A stretch of 64,000 nucleotides of DNA, taken from the NCBI GenBank assembly GCA_036496945.1, contig DASXKI010000386.1, positions 39 to 64,038 on the forward strand. Reading direction: 5' to 3'. Shown in pieces: positions 39,472 through 47,406 of the stretch; the first letter of the stretch is position 1, and every line of letters starts with the position of its first letter. Origin of the DNA: Streptosporangiaceae bacterium. GTDB taxonomy: Bacteria > Actinomycetota > Actinomycetes > Streptosporangiales > Streptosporangiaceae. The translations under genes were made by a program, and so were the position numbers. Under the pieces are notes generated by a model. The model saw only the letters and a program-made list of their open reading frames with translations, had not been told where the DNA came from and searched no databases.

Positions 39472-41532
39472 TCAGCTGCCTCGGCCAGTGGGCAGACCAT
39501 AGTTACCGTGTTTCCCTGGCCATAGCGAGCGGCCGGCGGAGTCTATTCCGCGGAGCGCGCCGAGGCCGCGCTGCACATGCAGCAGGTACTCCCGACGGTC
39601 CAGCGGATTGTGATCAGTTCGCTGCCGGGCCGGCGGTGCGCCGCGGACGGGCTGGTACCGCCCGAACTCCGACTCCAGCGTGCCTTCGCCGCGAGTCAGC
39701 GTCGGCAGCTGGTGCTGCAACTGGTGTACCTGGCCAGCGGGCATCTCGCCGGTCACAACGCTGGATTCGCCGCGCAGCTCCGGCGTCTGCTGCGTCGCGC
39801 GGAGCCGGCCGAGTACGGTCAGGACCGGCGGCACGCACTCGGGGGGTACCTCGAGCCGGAAGCTGCTGACGGGCTCGCAGACGACCGTTCTGGCCTGCCG
39901 CAGCGCGCTCATCAGGACGAGCGGCGTGAGGTTGCGGAAATCGCCCGCCGAGCTTGACCACTTGCTCCAGCCGTAGGGCGGGGGCGGCACATAGCCGGTC
40001 TGCGTCAGCGTTACGACGCAGTCGATGACCTGCCAGCCGTGCAGGCCCTGCTTGAGGGTGTCGCGAGCGGTCTCCTCGACGGCCTTCATGAACGCGAGCG
40101 GCATTGAGCCCAGCTCGACCTCCAGCCGGAACGACACGCCGGACCCGGCCGGGCCCGGCTCGATGCGCAGGCCCACGGTGGCGCGGAACGGGTTGTCGCC
40201 GGCATCCATCTGCTCCGCGGCCGCACCGGCACCGAGGACTCGCTCGACACAGATCGGCGTGGTCTCACGGAAATCCACCTGGAGGCCGAATTCGTCCGCC
40301 AGCGTTGCCTGGATGACTTCCTTCTGAACCTCGCCATACAGGGACACCAGCAGCTCATGCCGGATGTCGTCCTGACGCAGGTTGATGAGCGGGTCCTGCT
40401 CCGCGAGCTGGGTGAGCGCGGCGTGCAGCGCCGGCCTGTCGGCGGCCCTGGCCGGGACGACGACGGTCTCGAGCGTGGGCGGCGCAAACAGATGCTGCCG
40501 CGCCGCCGCGGCGGCCGGGCCTATCGGGTCGCCGACCTGCACGCCGGGAAGGCCGCAGATCTTGGCGATCTGCCCGGCGGTCACGGCAGGGCTCGGGACC
40601 GCCGGACCGCCCGACAGGACACTGAGTGCGGTGATCTTCCCGTCGCTCCCGCAGCCATAGGGCACCGGCTCCCTCGCGCGCAGGGTACCGGTGAACATCC
40701 GCACGTAGGCGACCTTCTCGCCGGCCGGGCCGCGCTCAACCTTGAATACCGTCCCGGCTGCGGGCCCGCGGGCGTCGTCGCAGCCCGTCGGCAGGAACTC
40801 GGCCAGGCCGGCCATCAGGCAGCTGACTCCGGCCCCAGTGATCGCCGAGCCGAAGTAGACCGGGTGCACCAGCGCGCGGCGCGTCTGCGCGGCAAGCTCG
40901 GCATGCAGCCTCGGGTACGGCGGAGCCTGATCGTCGTCGAGGTACGCCGCAAGGAAGGCGTCGTCGTGCTCGGCGAGGACGTCGCCGAGACGGCCCGCGT
41001 GCGCGGCGTCAGCCGGCCCGAATGGCAGCCAGCCCGCACGGCGCGTGCCGGGATCGATCACCATGCCCATCGCCATGACTGCTGGCGTTAGGCGAGCCGC
41101 TATCTCGGCCAGCACCCGGTCCGGCTGTGCTCCGCCGCGGTCGATCTTGTTGACGAACAGGAGGGTGGGAATGCGCAGCCGCCGCAGCGTACGCATCAGC
41201 ACACGCGTCTGGGCCTGGACGCCTTCGACCGCGGAGATCACCAGGACGGCGCCGTCGAGCACGCCGAGGGTGCGCTCGACCTCGGCGATAAAGTCCGGGT
41301 GACCTGGTGTGTCGATGAGATTGACGACCAGGTCACCCACGCGGAACGAGACGACAGCCGCCTTGATCGTGATGCCGCGCTGTCGCTCGAGCGCGAGCGA
41401 GTCCGTCTGCGTGCTGCCGTCATCGACACGGCCGATCTCGTCGATGACCCCGGCGGCGAACAGGAGCCGCTCGGTGAGGCTGGTCTTGCCGGCGTCTACA
41501 TGCGCCAGGATCCCCAGATTGAGCGAATGCAC
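39472..41532 (-). CDS. ribosomal-protection-type translational GTPase (TetM/TetO/OtrA family)
   Basis: LNLGILAHVDAGKTSLTERLL (G1), DTPGHPDF (G3), NKIDRGGA (G4), and EF-G-like domains II-V. 686 aa with a GTG start. Confidence 0.9.
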   Translation of the reverse strand: MHSLNLGILAHVDAGKTSLTERLLFAAGVIDEIGRVDDGSTQTDSLALERQRGITIKAAVVSFRVGDLVVNLIDTPGHPDFIAEVERTLGVLDGAVLVISAVEGVQAQTRVLMRTLRRLRIPTLLFVNKIDRGGAQPDRVLAEIAARLTPAVMAMGMVIDPGTRRAGWLPFGPADAAHAGRLGDVLAEHDDAFLAAYLDDDQAPPYPRLHAELAAQTRRALVHPVYFGSAITGAGVSCLMAGLAEFLPTGCDDARGPAAGTVFKVERGPAGEKVAYVRMFTGTLRAREPVPYGCGSDGKITALSVLSGGPAVPSPAVTAGQIAKICGLPGVQVGDPIGPAAAAARQHLFAPPTLETVVVPARAADRPALHAALTQLAEQDPLINLRQDDIRHELLVSLYGEVQKEVIQATLADEFGLQVDFRETTPICVERVLGAGAAAEQMDAGDNPFRATVGLRIEPGPAGSGVSFRLEVELGSMPLAFMKAVEETARDTLKQGLHGWQVIDCVVTLTQTGYVPPPPYGWSKWSSSAGDFRNLTPLVLMSALRQARTVVCEPVSSFRLEVPPECVPPVLTVLGRLRATQQTPELRGESSVVTGEMPAGQVHQLQHQLPTLTRGEGTLESEFGRYQPVRGAPPARQRTDHNPLDRREYLLHVQRGLGALRGIDSAGRSLWPGKHGNYGLPTGRGS

Positions 41533-41688
41533 GAAGCGTCATGTCCTCTGGATAGGCGGTCTCTGCCATCGGTGAACATGAGCGCTGCTCGCATCTCGCT
41601 CTCCTCATGAGCAATCGAAGTAGATCTGGCGGCGGAAGTGGACCCGTCGGTGGCAGTAGACCAGCGCGCTGCTGAGGAGCGCAATTGG

Positions 41689-41840
41689 TTATCGGCACGC
41701 GCGGGCCTGGAGCTCGAACAGCTCGGCGTACAGGCCACCCGCCGCCATGAGCTTGGCGTGGCTGCCGCGCTCGCGGATCTCGCGGTCGCGCAGGACCAGT
41801 ACGGCCCCGTTCCGGTCCAGATCGTCCGTCGGTGCCACGG
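41689..41840 (-). pseudogene. C-terminal remnant of an ABC exporter ATPase domain
   Basis: …DLDRNGAVLVLRDREIRERGSHAKLMAAGGLYAELFELQ… is the typical extreme C-terminus of MsbA-type ABC proteins (D-loop/H-loop tail). High GC3. Nothing matching lies upstream of it. Confidence 0.5.
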
Positions 41841-41888
41841 GCGCCGTGGGATGGTGGGACGCGTTGCATCGATCGGGAGGTGACGCCT

Positions 41889-42332
41889 GTGCCCGCGCCG
41901 TCGACATGGGAGCTCACGCCCCGGCAGAGCGTCGAGATGGAGTGCGCGCGACGAGGCCGCCTGGCGATGATCGACGGGTGCGTAGCCCTGCTGTGCGGTC
42001 GCGACGTCGACGACAACCTGATCATGGCGCTCGGAGGCCCGGCGGGCCGGACAGTGATCCACGACGGGCCGGCGCAGCGCAACCAGTACTGGCGGCGCGT
42101 CTGGGGAGCCCGCGGGCTGATGTACGCCTTCGACGAGCGGGCGGAGGCCGCGATCATCGAGGCCCTGCGGGACGAGCACTGGCGGGTCCGCGAGATGGCG
42201 GCCAAGGTGATCGCCAGGCACAAGATCGGCGCGGCCATGACCGCCGTTGCCAGGCTGCGCGACGACCCGGTGCCGCGGGTCCGGGCCGCGGGGGAGCGCG
42301 CGGTCGTCGTCCTGACCGCGGCCGGCAGCTGA
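41889..42332 (+). CDS. HEAT-repeat domain protein
   Basis: …YWRRVWGARGLMYAFDERAEAAIIEALRDEHWRVREMAAKVIARHKIGAAMTAVARLRDDPVPRVRAAGERAV. GTG 41889 is 8 nt after GGGAGG. The tracked start at 41832 is possible. Confidence 0.6.
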   Translation: MPAPSTWELTPRQSVEMECARRGRLAMIDGCVALLCGRDVDDNLIMALGGPAGRTVIHDGPAQRNQYWRRVWGARGLMYAFDERAEAAIIEALRDEHWRVREMAAKVIARHKIGAAMTAVARLRDDPVPRVRAAGERAVVVLTAAGS

Positions 42333-42399
42333 TGATGTCCGTGCGTGTCCAGGTATCGCCTGGCTAATCGGACGTTCACCACCAGGTCATGGGCCCGGC

Positions 42400-43090
42400 T
42401 CACTCGCCGTGCCAGCGCCGGCCGACAGCCCGGTCCCGGTAGTAAGCCGCCAGCCGGGCGCGACGATGTGCGTGCTTGTCGTTGCCGTTGCCAGCGGAGC
42501 AGGCTGCCCACGACTGCGCCGGTGATCAGCGCCGTCAGGTGGCCCACTGCCGCGACCTCCAGGCGGCCAAGACCTTCGAAGATCTGGCCGACGAAGATCA
42601 GCACGGCGAAGTCGAGCGCCGCTGCGGCTCGGATAAGCCAGGTGCCCCACAGCAGGCCGACCGCGACAGCGGCGACGACAACGTAGGACGGCCCGACGTC
42701 GATCAGGTAGCGGTCGGCTGCGGGCAGCGTGCCGTGCGAGACCCGGTACGCGACGATGCCTTCGCTGACCAGCGTGCCGACGAGCTGGCCTGCGGCGCAG
42801 GTCAGGAACGTGCGGCAGTTGCCGAGCAGGTGATTGGCGCCGAACAGGGCCAGCGCGATGAGGAACGGCCAGGTGGGTGACAATCCAACCGGGACGAACG
42901 CGGATGCGACCAGGCAGCCGGCCGGGTGGTGCTCCAGGTTGTGCACGCTGGTGCTGGCCCAGCGCGCCACGGCGGCCTGGTCGCGGCCAGGCAGAAGCTC
43001 GTAGATGATCTCGGCCACGCAGAATCCGACGAGGTACAGCCACGTCGCGGCATACCGGCGCAGAACCGGCCCGATGGCGCAGCATGGCAT
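42400..43090 (-). pseudogene. rhomboid-like membrane protein, probable frameshift near 42490-42500
   Basis: The first 205 aa or so of ORF 41420..43090 are a credible multi-TM rhomboid-like protein (…DVGPSYVVVAA…AAVGHLTALITGAVVG). After LLRW that frame turns Arg/Pro-rich with rare codons (tta, cta, caa) and runs antisense through the HEAT gene into the GTPase gene. The neighbouring frame gives a high-GC3 tail GNGNDKHAHRRARLAAYYRDRAVGRRWHGE ending at 42400. Confidence 0.5.
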
Positions 43091-43228
43091 CCGATCAGAC
43101 TAAGCCGCACCCCCGCAGCGAGCTGAGCCAGCAGTTCCGTCAGCACGGTTGCCGGTAATTCACTGCCTGCCGTCGCGCGTCAGGGAATATCAGTTGCCGG
43201 GTCTCCTGGCCGCTGTCAGGCTGGCCGC

Positions 43229-44008
43229 GTGGTCGATCACCAGTTCGCCGATCCGTCACTGGCGGTGCTGTATGACCTGTTCTGCCCGTGGGATCCGCGC
43301 GGTGACTTCGGGTTCTACCTGCCGCTGGTGATGGCTGCGGACAGCGTCCTCGACGTTGGCTGCGGCACGGGGATGTTGCTGCGCCGGGCCAGGGCCGAGG
43401 GTCACGCGGGGCGACTGTGCGGGCTCGATCCGGCGGCGGCGATGCTCGATGTGGCGCGTGCCGGGCAGGACATCGAGTGGGTGCTCGGCGACCTGTCGAC
43501 CGCGCGGTGGGACGAGGAGTTCGAGGTGATCGTCATGACAGGTCACGCGTTCCAGGTCCTCACCGGGGACGAGCAGTTGCGCGAGGCACTGGCGGCGGTG
43601 CGGGCGGCACTGGCTCCGGGTGGCCGGTTCGCGTTCGAGACGCGCAATCCGCTGGCGCGGCAATGGGAGACGTGGGTCCCGGCGAACGCCGTGCAGGTGA
43701 TCGATGCGGCGGGCGCCGTGGTACAGATGGCGCACCAGGTCGAGCTGCCAGTGCAAACAGGCGCAGTGCAGACAGGCGCAGTGCAGACAGGCGCAGTGCA
43801 GACAGACCTCGTCTCATTCACGACGACCTATTCGAGTCCTGACTGGGAGCGGTCGCAGCGCAGCCGCAGCACGCTGCGGTTCCTGGACGCCGAGGCGCTG
43901 TCGTCGTTCCTCGCTGGCGCTGGCCTGGAAATCGAGGAGCAGTACGGCGACTGGGACCGGTCACCGCTTTGCCCGGCCAGCCCCGAGATCATCACGATAT
44001 GTAGGTGA
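43229..44008 (+). CDS. class I SAM-dependent methyltransferase
   Basis: Motif I VLDVGCGTGML, then post-I LDPAAAML and RALAPGGRFAFE. Confidence 0.85.
   Translation: MVDHQFADPSLAVLYDLFCPWDPRGDFGFYLPLVMAADSVLDVGCGTGMLLRRARAEGHAGRLCGLDPAAAMLDVARAGQDIEWVLGDLSTARWDEEFEVIVMTGHAFQVLTGDEQLREALAAVRAALAPGGRFAFETRNPLARQWETWVPANAVQVIDAAGAVVQMAHQVELPVQTGAVQTGAVQTGAVQTDLVSFTTTYSSPDWERSQRSRSTLRFLDAEALSSFLAGAGLEIEEQYGDWDRSPLCPASPEIITICR
43751..43806 (+). repeat. 15-bp in-frame tandem repeat x3.7 (GTGCAGACAGGCGCA, encoding VQTGA)
   Basis: Units at 43751-65, 43766-80 and 43781-95, plus a partial unit at 43796-806. All lie inside the methyltransferase ORF. Confidence 0.9.
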
Positions 44009-44052
44009 GTCGGGTCCACTCGCAGCTGGTGTCGCGGTTCTAGAATGGTGAC

Positions 44053-44256
44053 GTGAGCGATAGCCCCGCGGCTGCGCGACTTCGTTTTGCGCTGGAGATG
44101 CATGAGTTCGGTGTGCGGATGGAGCGCGCTCGACTGCGAAGGCAGCGTCCGCACGCGACGGAAGCAGAGATTGAGGCGTCAGTGTCGTCTTGGCTGAGGA
44201 CCCAGCACGGGACGCCGCCAGGGGATTCTTCGCGACTGTCACGCCGATTCGAGTGA
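44053..44256 (+). CDS. small hypothetical protein (67 aa), upstream partner of a nucleotidyltransferase
   Basis: GTG start 6 nt after a TAGAAT -10-like hexamer (44041-46), implying a leaderless mRNA. Helical, basic sequence LRFALEMHEFGVRMERARLRRQRPHATEAEIEASVSSWL. Its stop overlaps the next start (GTGA). Confidence 0.55.
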   Translation: MSDSPAAARLRFALEMHEFGVRMERARLRRQRPHATEAEIEASVSSWLRTQHGTPPGDSSRLSRRFE

Positions 44257-44846
44257 ACAGCCTGGAGGCTGGGCTTCGGCGCACGGCCAGTGATCTGGAT
44301 AGATCTGGCGTGACGTGGGCTTTGGTAGGTGGGTTCGCGGTGTCGGCGCGCGTGGAGCCACGCTTCACCAGGGATGTGGACATCGCCGTCATGGTCGATG
44401 GTGATCCCGCGGCCGAAAGACTGGTTCGGTCGCTGCTGACTGACGGCTACAGCGCCTTCAGCTCTGTGGAGCATGAGAGCGGTCGGCTGGCGACAGTGCG
44501 GCTATCCAGAGCGGCCGAAGGCGCTGAGGTCATTGTGGACCTGCTGTTCGCAAGTTCCGGTATTGAGCCAGAGATCGCACAGGCAGCCGAGCCGCTGGAG
44601 ATCACGCCGGGGCTAGTAGTGCCAGTGGCTACAGTCGGCCACTTGATTGCCCTCAAGCTTCTGGCTCGTGATGATCGCACCCGCCCACAAGACCTGTCGG
44701 ACCTTCGCGGGCTTATCGCATCAGCAGGCCAGGAGGATCTGTCCGTGGCGAGGAACGGGGTAGCCCTGATCGAGGCAAGGGGCTTCAACCGTGATCGCGA
44801 CCTGGGTAGGGCGCTCGATGAGCTTGTCGCGGAGCTAAGAACCTGA
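44253..44846 (+). CDS. Pol-beta-fold nucleotidyltransferase family protein (AbiEii-like architecture)
   Basis: ALVGGFAVSARVEPRFTRDVDIAV fits the GG...(9-13 residues)...DxD minimal NTase motif. 197 aa. The GTG at 44253 overlaps the upstream stop. Confidence 0.65.
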   Translation: MNSLEAGLRRTASDLDRSGVTWALVGGFAVSARVEPRFTRDVDIAVMVDGDPAAERLVRSLLTDGYSAFSSVEHESGRLATVRLSRAAEGAEVIVDLLFASSGIEPEIAQAAEPLEITPGLVVPVATVGHLIALKLLARDDRTRPQDLSDLRGLIASAGQEDLSVARNGVALIEARGFNRDRDLGRALDELVAELRT

Positions 44847-44890
44847 TTCGGATGAGCGTGCCCGAGGCCGTTGTCTTTGCTTGACATGTG

Positions 44891-44906
44891 TCGAATACCT
44901 GTTCGA
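44891..44906. promoter_or_regulatory. LexA SOS box TCGAAT-ACCT-GTTCGA inside the imuA' promoter
   Basis: 15/16 match to the actinobacterial SOS box TCGAAC-N4-GTTCGA. It sits between TTGACA (44881-86) and GATAGT (44905-10), and ATG 44917 lies 6 nt after the -10 hexamer. Confidence 0.75.
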
Positions 44907-44916
44907 TAGTAGGGGG

Positions 44917-45741
44917 ATGGGAGCGGAGATAGCGCAGGTCATCTCGCTATCTCCGGTGCGCCACCGGGATGACGTGCTGACAGGCGAGGGCCTGCTGCCG
45001 GTCCTTCCGGCGCTGCGGGACCTGCTGCCAGGCGGCGCCCTCCAGCGCGGGTCGGTGGTGACATCGGGGGACTGGGGGCTGCTGGCGCTGGCGCTGGCGG
45101 CCGGAGCCATCGCCGACGGGGCGTGGTGCGCGATCGTCGGGGTGCCGGCCATGGGCGTACGGGCGGCGGCCGAGGCCGGCCTGGATCCGGACCGGGTGCT
45201 ACTGGTCGGCGAGCCGGGGGCAAGCTGGCCGCAGGTGGTGGCGTCCCTGCTGGACGGCTTCGACATCGTGCTGCTGCGGCCGCCGGATCAGCCGTCCGCG
45301 CAGCTACGGCGCAAGCTGGAGGCGGCGGCCCGCCGGTACGGCAGCGTGCTCGTGGTCGCCGGGGAATGGCCGGGCGCGCAGTCCCGGCTGCTGGTGACGG
45401 ACACGCGGTGGACCGGGATCGGCGCCGGGCACGGGCGGCTGCGGGCGCGCAGGGCACAGGTCGTCGCGTCCGGGCGCGGCGCGGGGGAGCGGCTGCGGTC
45501 GGCGTGGCTGTGGCTGCCCGGCCCGGACGGCACGGTCACGACAAGCACGGTCACGACAAGCACGGTCACGACAGCCGGCCTGGCCGATGCGGGCTCGCGC
45601 GACGCTTACCGGGATGACGCTTACCGGGATGACGCCTACCGGGATGACGCCTACCGGGACGGCGCCTACCGGGACGGCGCCTACCGGGACCGGGATGACG
45701 CTTACCGAGATGACACCGAACGGCTGGTGAGCAGCGGATGA
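44917..45741 (+). CDS. imuA: ImuA'-like SOS mutasome accessory protein with a repeat-expanded C-terminus
   Basis: Position immediately upstream of, and overlapping, imuB (ATGA). SOS box in the promoter. RecA-fold-remnant-like core (GSVVTSGDWGLLALALAAGAIADGAWCAIVGVPAMGV...DRVLLV). Confidence 0.75.
   Translation: MGAEIAQVISLSPVRHRDDVLTGEGLLPVLPALRDLLPGGALQRGSVVTSGDWGLLALALAAGAIADGAWCAIVGVPAMGVRAAAEAGLDPDRVLLVGEPGASWPQVVASLLDGFDIVLLRPPDQPSAQLRRKLEAAARRYGSVLVVAGEWPGAQSRLLVTDTRWTGIGAGHGRLRARRAQVVASGRGAGERLRSAWLWLPGPDGTVTTSTVTTSTVTTAGLADAGSRDAYRDDAYRDDAYRDDAYRDGAYRDGAYRDRDDAYRDDTERLVSSG
45532..45711 (+). repeat. two in-frame 15-bp tandem repeat arrays in the imuA' 3' end
   Basis: ACGGTCACGACAAGC x2.8 at 45532-45574 encodes TVTTS. 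GACGC(T/C)TACCGGGA(T/C) in about 7 units at 45601-45711 encodes DAYRD/GAYRD. Confidence 0.9.
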
Positions 45742-47174
45742 CGAGCCACGCCGCGGCGTCGCGGCGCGTGCTTGTGCTGCGCTGCCCGCAGTGGCTGGGC
45801 CGTACGCAGGAGCCCGAGGGCACGCTGGAGCTGGCGGGCACCCAGGAGCTCGAGGGCACGCAGGATCTGGACAGCGGCGCGGCGGCGCGGGCCTTCGAGC
45901 CTGTCGTCGCCGTCGTCGAGGAGTTCTGCCCGCAGGTGGAGGTCCTGCGCCCCGGGGTGTGCGCGATCCCGGCGCGCGGCCCGGCGCGCTACTTCGGCGG
46001 GGAGGCCGAGCTGGCCGCCAAGCTGGCGGAGGCGGTCTGCCAGGCCGGCTTCACCTGCCAGGTCGGCATCGCTGACGGCTTGTTCGCCGCCGGGCTGGCG
46101 GCCCGCACCGGGCCGACGGGACTGCTCGTGCCGCAGGGGGAGGCCAGGGAGTTCCTGGCTGGCTTCCCGGTCGGCGTGCTTGGCCTGCCCGAGCTGTGCG
46201 AGCTGCTGCCCAGGCTGGGCATCGAGACGCTGGGCCAGCTGGCCAGCCTGCCGCCTGCCGAGGCAGCCAGCAGGTTCGGGTCGGACGGCAAGCTCGCCTG
46301 CCGGCTGGCTCGCGGGCTTGACCCTCGCCCGCTGATCCCGCGGCCGCCCGCGGCCGACCTCTCCGCGGCGATGGAGTTCGACCCGCCCGCCGAGCAGTCT
46401 GAGCCGGTGATCTTCGCGGCCAAGGCGCTGGCCGATGCCATGCATGACCGGCTGGCGGCCAGCGGGCTCGCCTGCGTACGGGTCCAGGTGGCGGTGCGCT
46501 GCTCGGACGGCCAGGAGTTCAGCCGGCTGTGGCGGCATGACGGGCTGCTGTCGGCGCTGGCCGTGGCGGAGCGCGTTCGCTGGCAGCTCGACGGCTGGCC
46601 GGGTACGGCCGGGATCGTGCTGCTGCGGCTGATCCCGGACCAGCTGGTCCGCGCTACCGGGCGACAGCTGGCCCTATGGGGCGACAGCGTGATCAGTGAC
46701 CGGGCAGCCCGTGCGGCCATCCGGGTGCAGGCGATGCTTGGCCATGACCGTGTGGTCAGGCCGGTGCTCGCCGGCGGCCGCCGGCCAGCTGAGCAGGCGC
46801 TGCTCGTGCCCTTCGGCGACGCCGGAGTGCCGCGGCGACCCGCTGACCGGCCCTGGCCAGGGCAGCTCCCGGCACCGGCCCCGGCGACCGTGTACCCGGT
46901 GCCGCTCGCGGCCAGCGTGACCGATGAATCGGGCGAGACGGTGTCGGTCAGCGGACGGGCCGAGCTGTCCGCGCCGCCTGCCTGGCTGACAGCCGCAGGC
47001 AGGCCAGCCAGGGCAGTCACAGCCTGGGCCGGGCCGTGGCCGGTGACCGAACGATGGTGGGATCCGCGGCACGCACGCCGGCAGGCCAGGTTCCAGCTCG
47101 TCACCGACGACGGGAACGCCTGGCTGGCAGCGCTCCAGGATGGCCGCTGGCTGATCGAGGCCAGCTACGACTAA
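45738..47174 (+). CDS. imuB: ImuB (catalytically inactive Y-family polymerase-like mutasome subunit)
   Basis: RVLVLRCPQW...FEPVVAVVEEFCPQVEVLRPGVCAIPARGPARYFGGE..LA is the typical ImuB N-terminus. 478 aa. Genetic linkage to imuA' and dnaE2. Confidence 0.85.
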   Translation: MTSHAAASRRVLVLRCPQWLGRTQEPEGTLELAGTQELEGTQDLDSGAAARAFEPVVAVVEEFCPQVEVLRPGVCAIPARGPARYFGGEAELAAKLAEAVCQAGFTCQVGIADGLFAAGLAARTGPTGLLVPQGEAREFLAGFPVGVLGLPELCELLPRLGIETLGQLASLPPAEAASRFGSDGKLACRLARGLDPRPLIPRPPAADLSAAMEFDPPAEQSEPVIFAAKALADAMHDRLAASGLACVRVQVAVRCSDGQEFSRLWRHDGLLSALAVAERVRWQLDGWPGTAGIVLLRLIPDQLVRATGRQLALWGDSVISDRAARAAIRVQAMLGHDRVVRPVLAGGRRPAEQALLVPFGDAGVPRRPADRPWPGQLPAPAPATVYPVPLAASVTDESGETVSVSGRAELSAPPAWLTAAGRPARAVTAWAGPWPVTERWWDPRHARRQARFQLVTDDGNAWLAALQDGRWLIEASYD

Positions 47175-47224
47175 CGGCCCGGCGAGGCGTGAGCGCCAGC
47201 GCAAATGCCAGCGCCAGCGCAAAT

Positions 47225-47278
47225 GCCAGCGGGCATACCGCGCGACCGGTTGGTGAGCCGCGCGGCATGCCCGCTGGC
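47225..47278. terminator. 20-bp-stem hairpin (one mismatch, 14-nt loop) between convergent imuB and the ABC operon
   Basis: GCCAGCGGGCATACCGCGCG ... CGCGCGGCATGCCCGCTGGC, read directly from the sequence. Confidence 0.5.
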
Positions 47279-47351
47279 GCGCGGCAGGCCCTTCAGGCAG
47301 CCTGCCCGTGACGCTGCGTCAAAAGTGACGGGTTACGGTTTCTCGAGGTGT

Positions 47352-47381
47352 GGCCCGCCCCCGGTTACCCGGAGGCGGGCC
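47352..47381 (-). terminator. GC-rich hairpin directly after the substrate-binding-protein stop
   Basis: GGCCCGCC-c-CCGG-ttac-CCGG-a-GGCGGGCC, 26 nt downstream of the stop at 47407 on the minus strand. Confidence 0.45.
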
Positions 47382-47406
47382 CGCTAACCCGCGACAGCGA
47401 TACTTA

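Noticed and set aside
38219-45711. The tandem repeat arrays as possible CRISPR arrays.
   Set aside because: The units are directly adjacent with no unique spacers, the periods are 15-18 bp, several lie in frame inside ORFs, and there are no cas genes.
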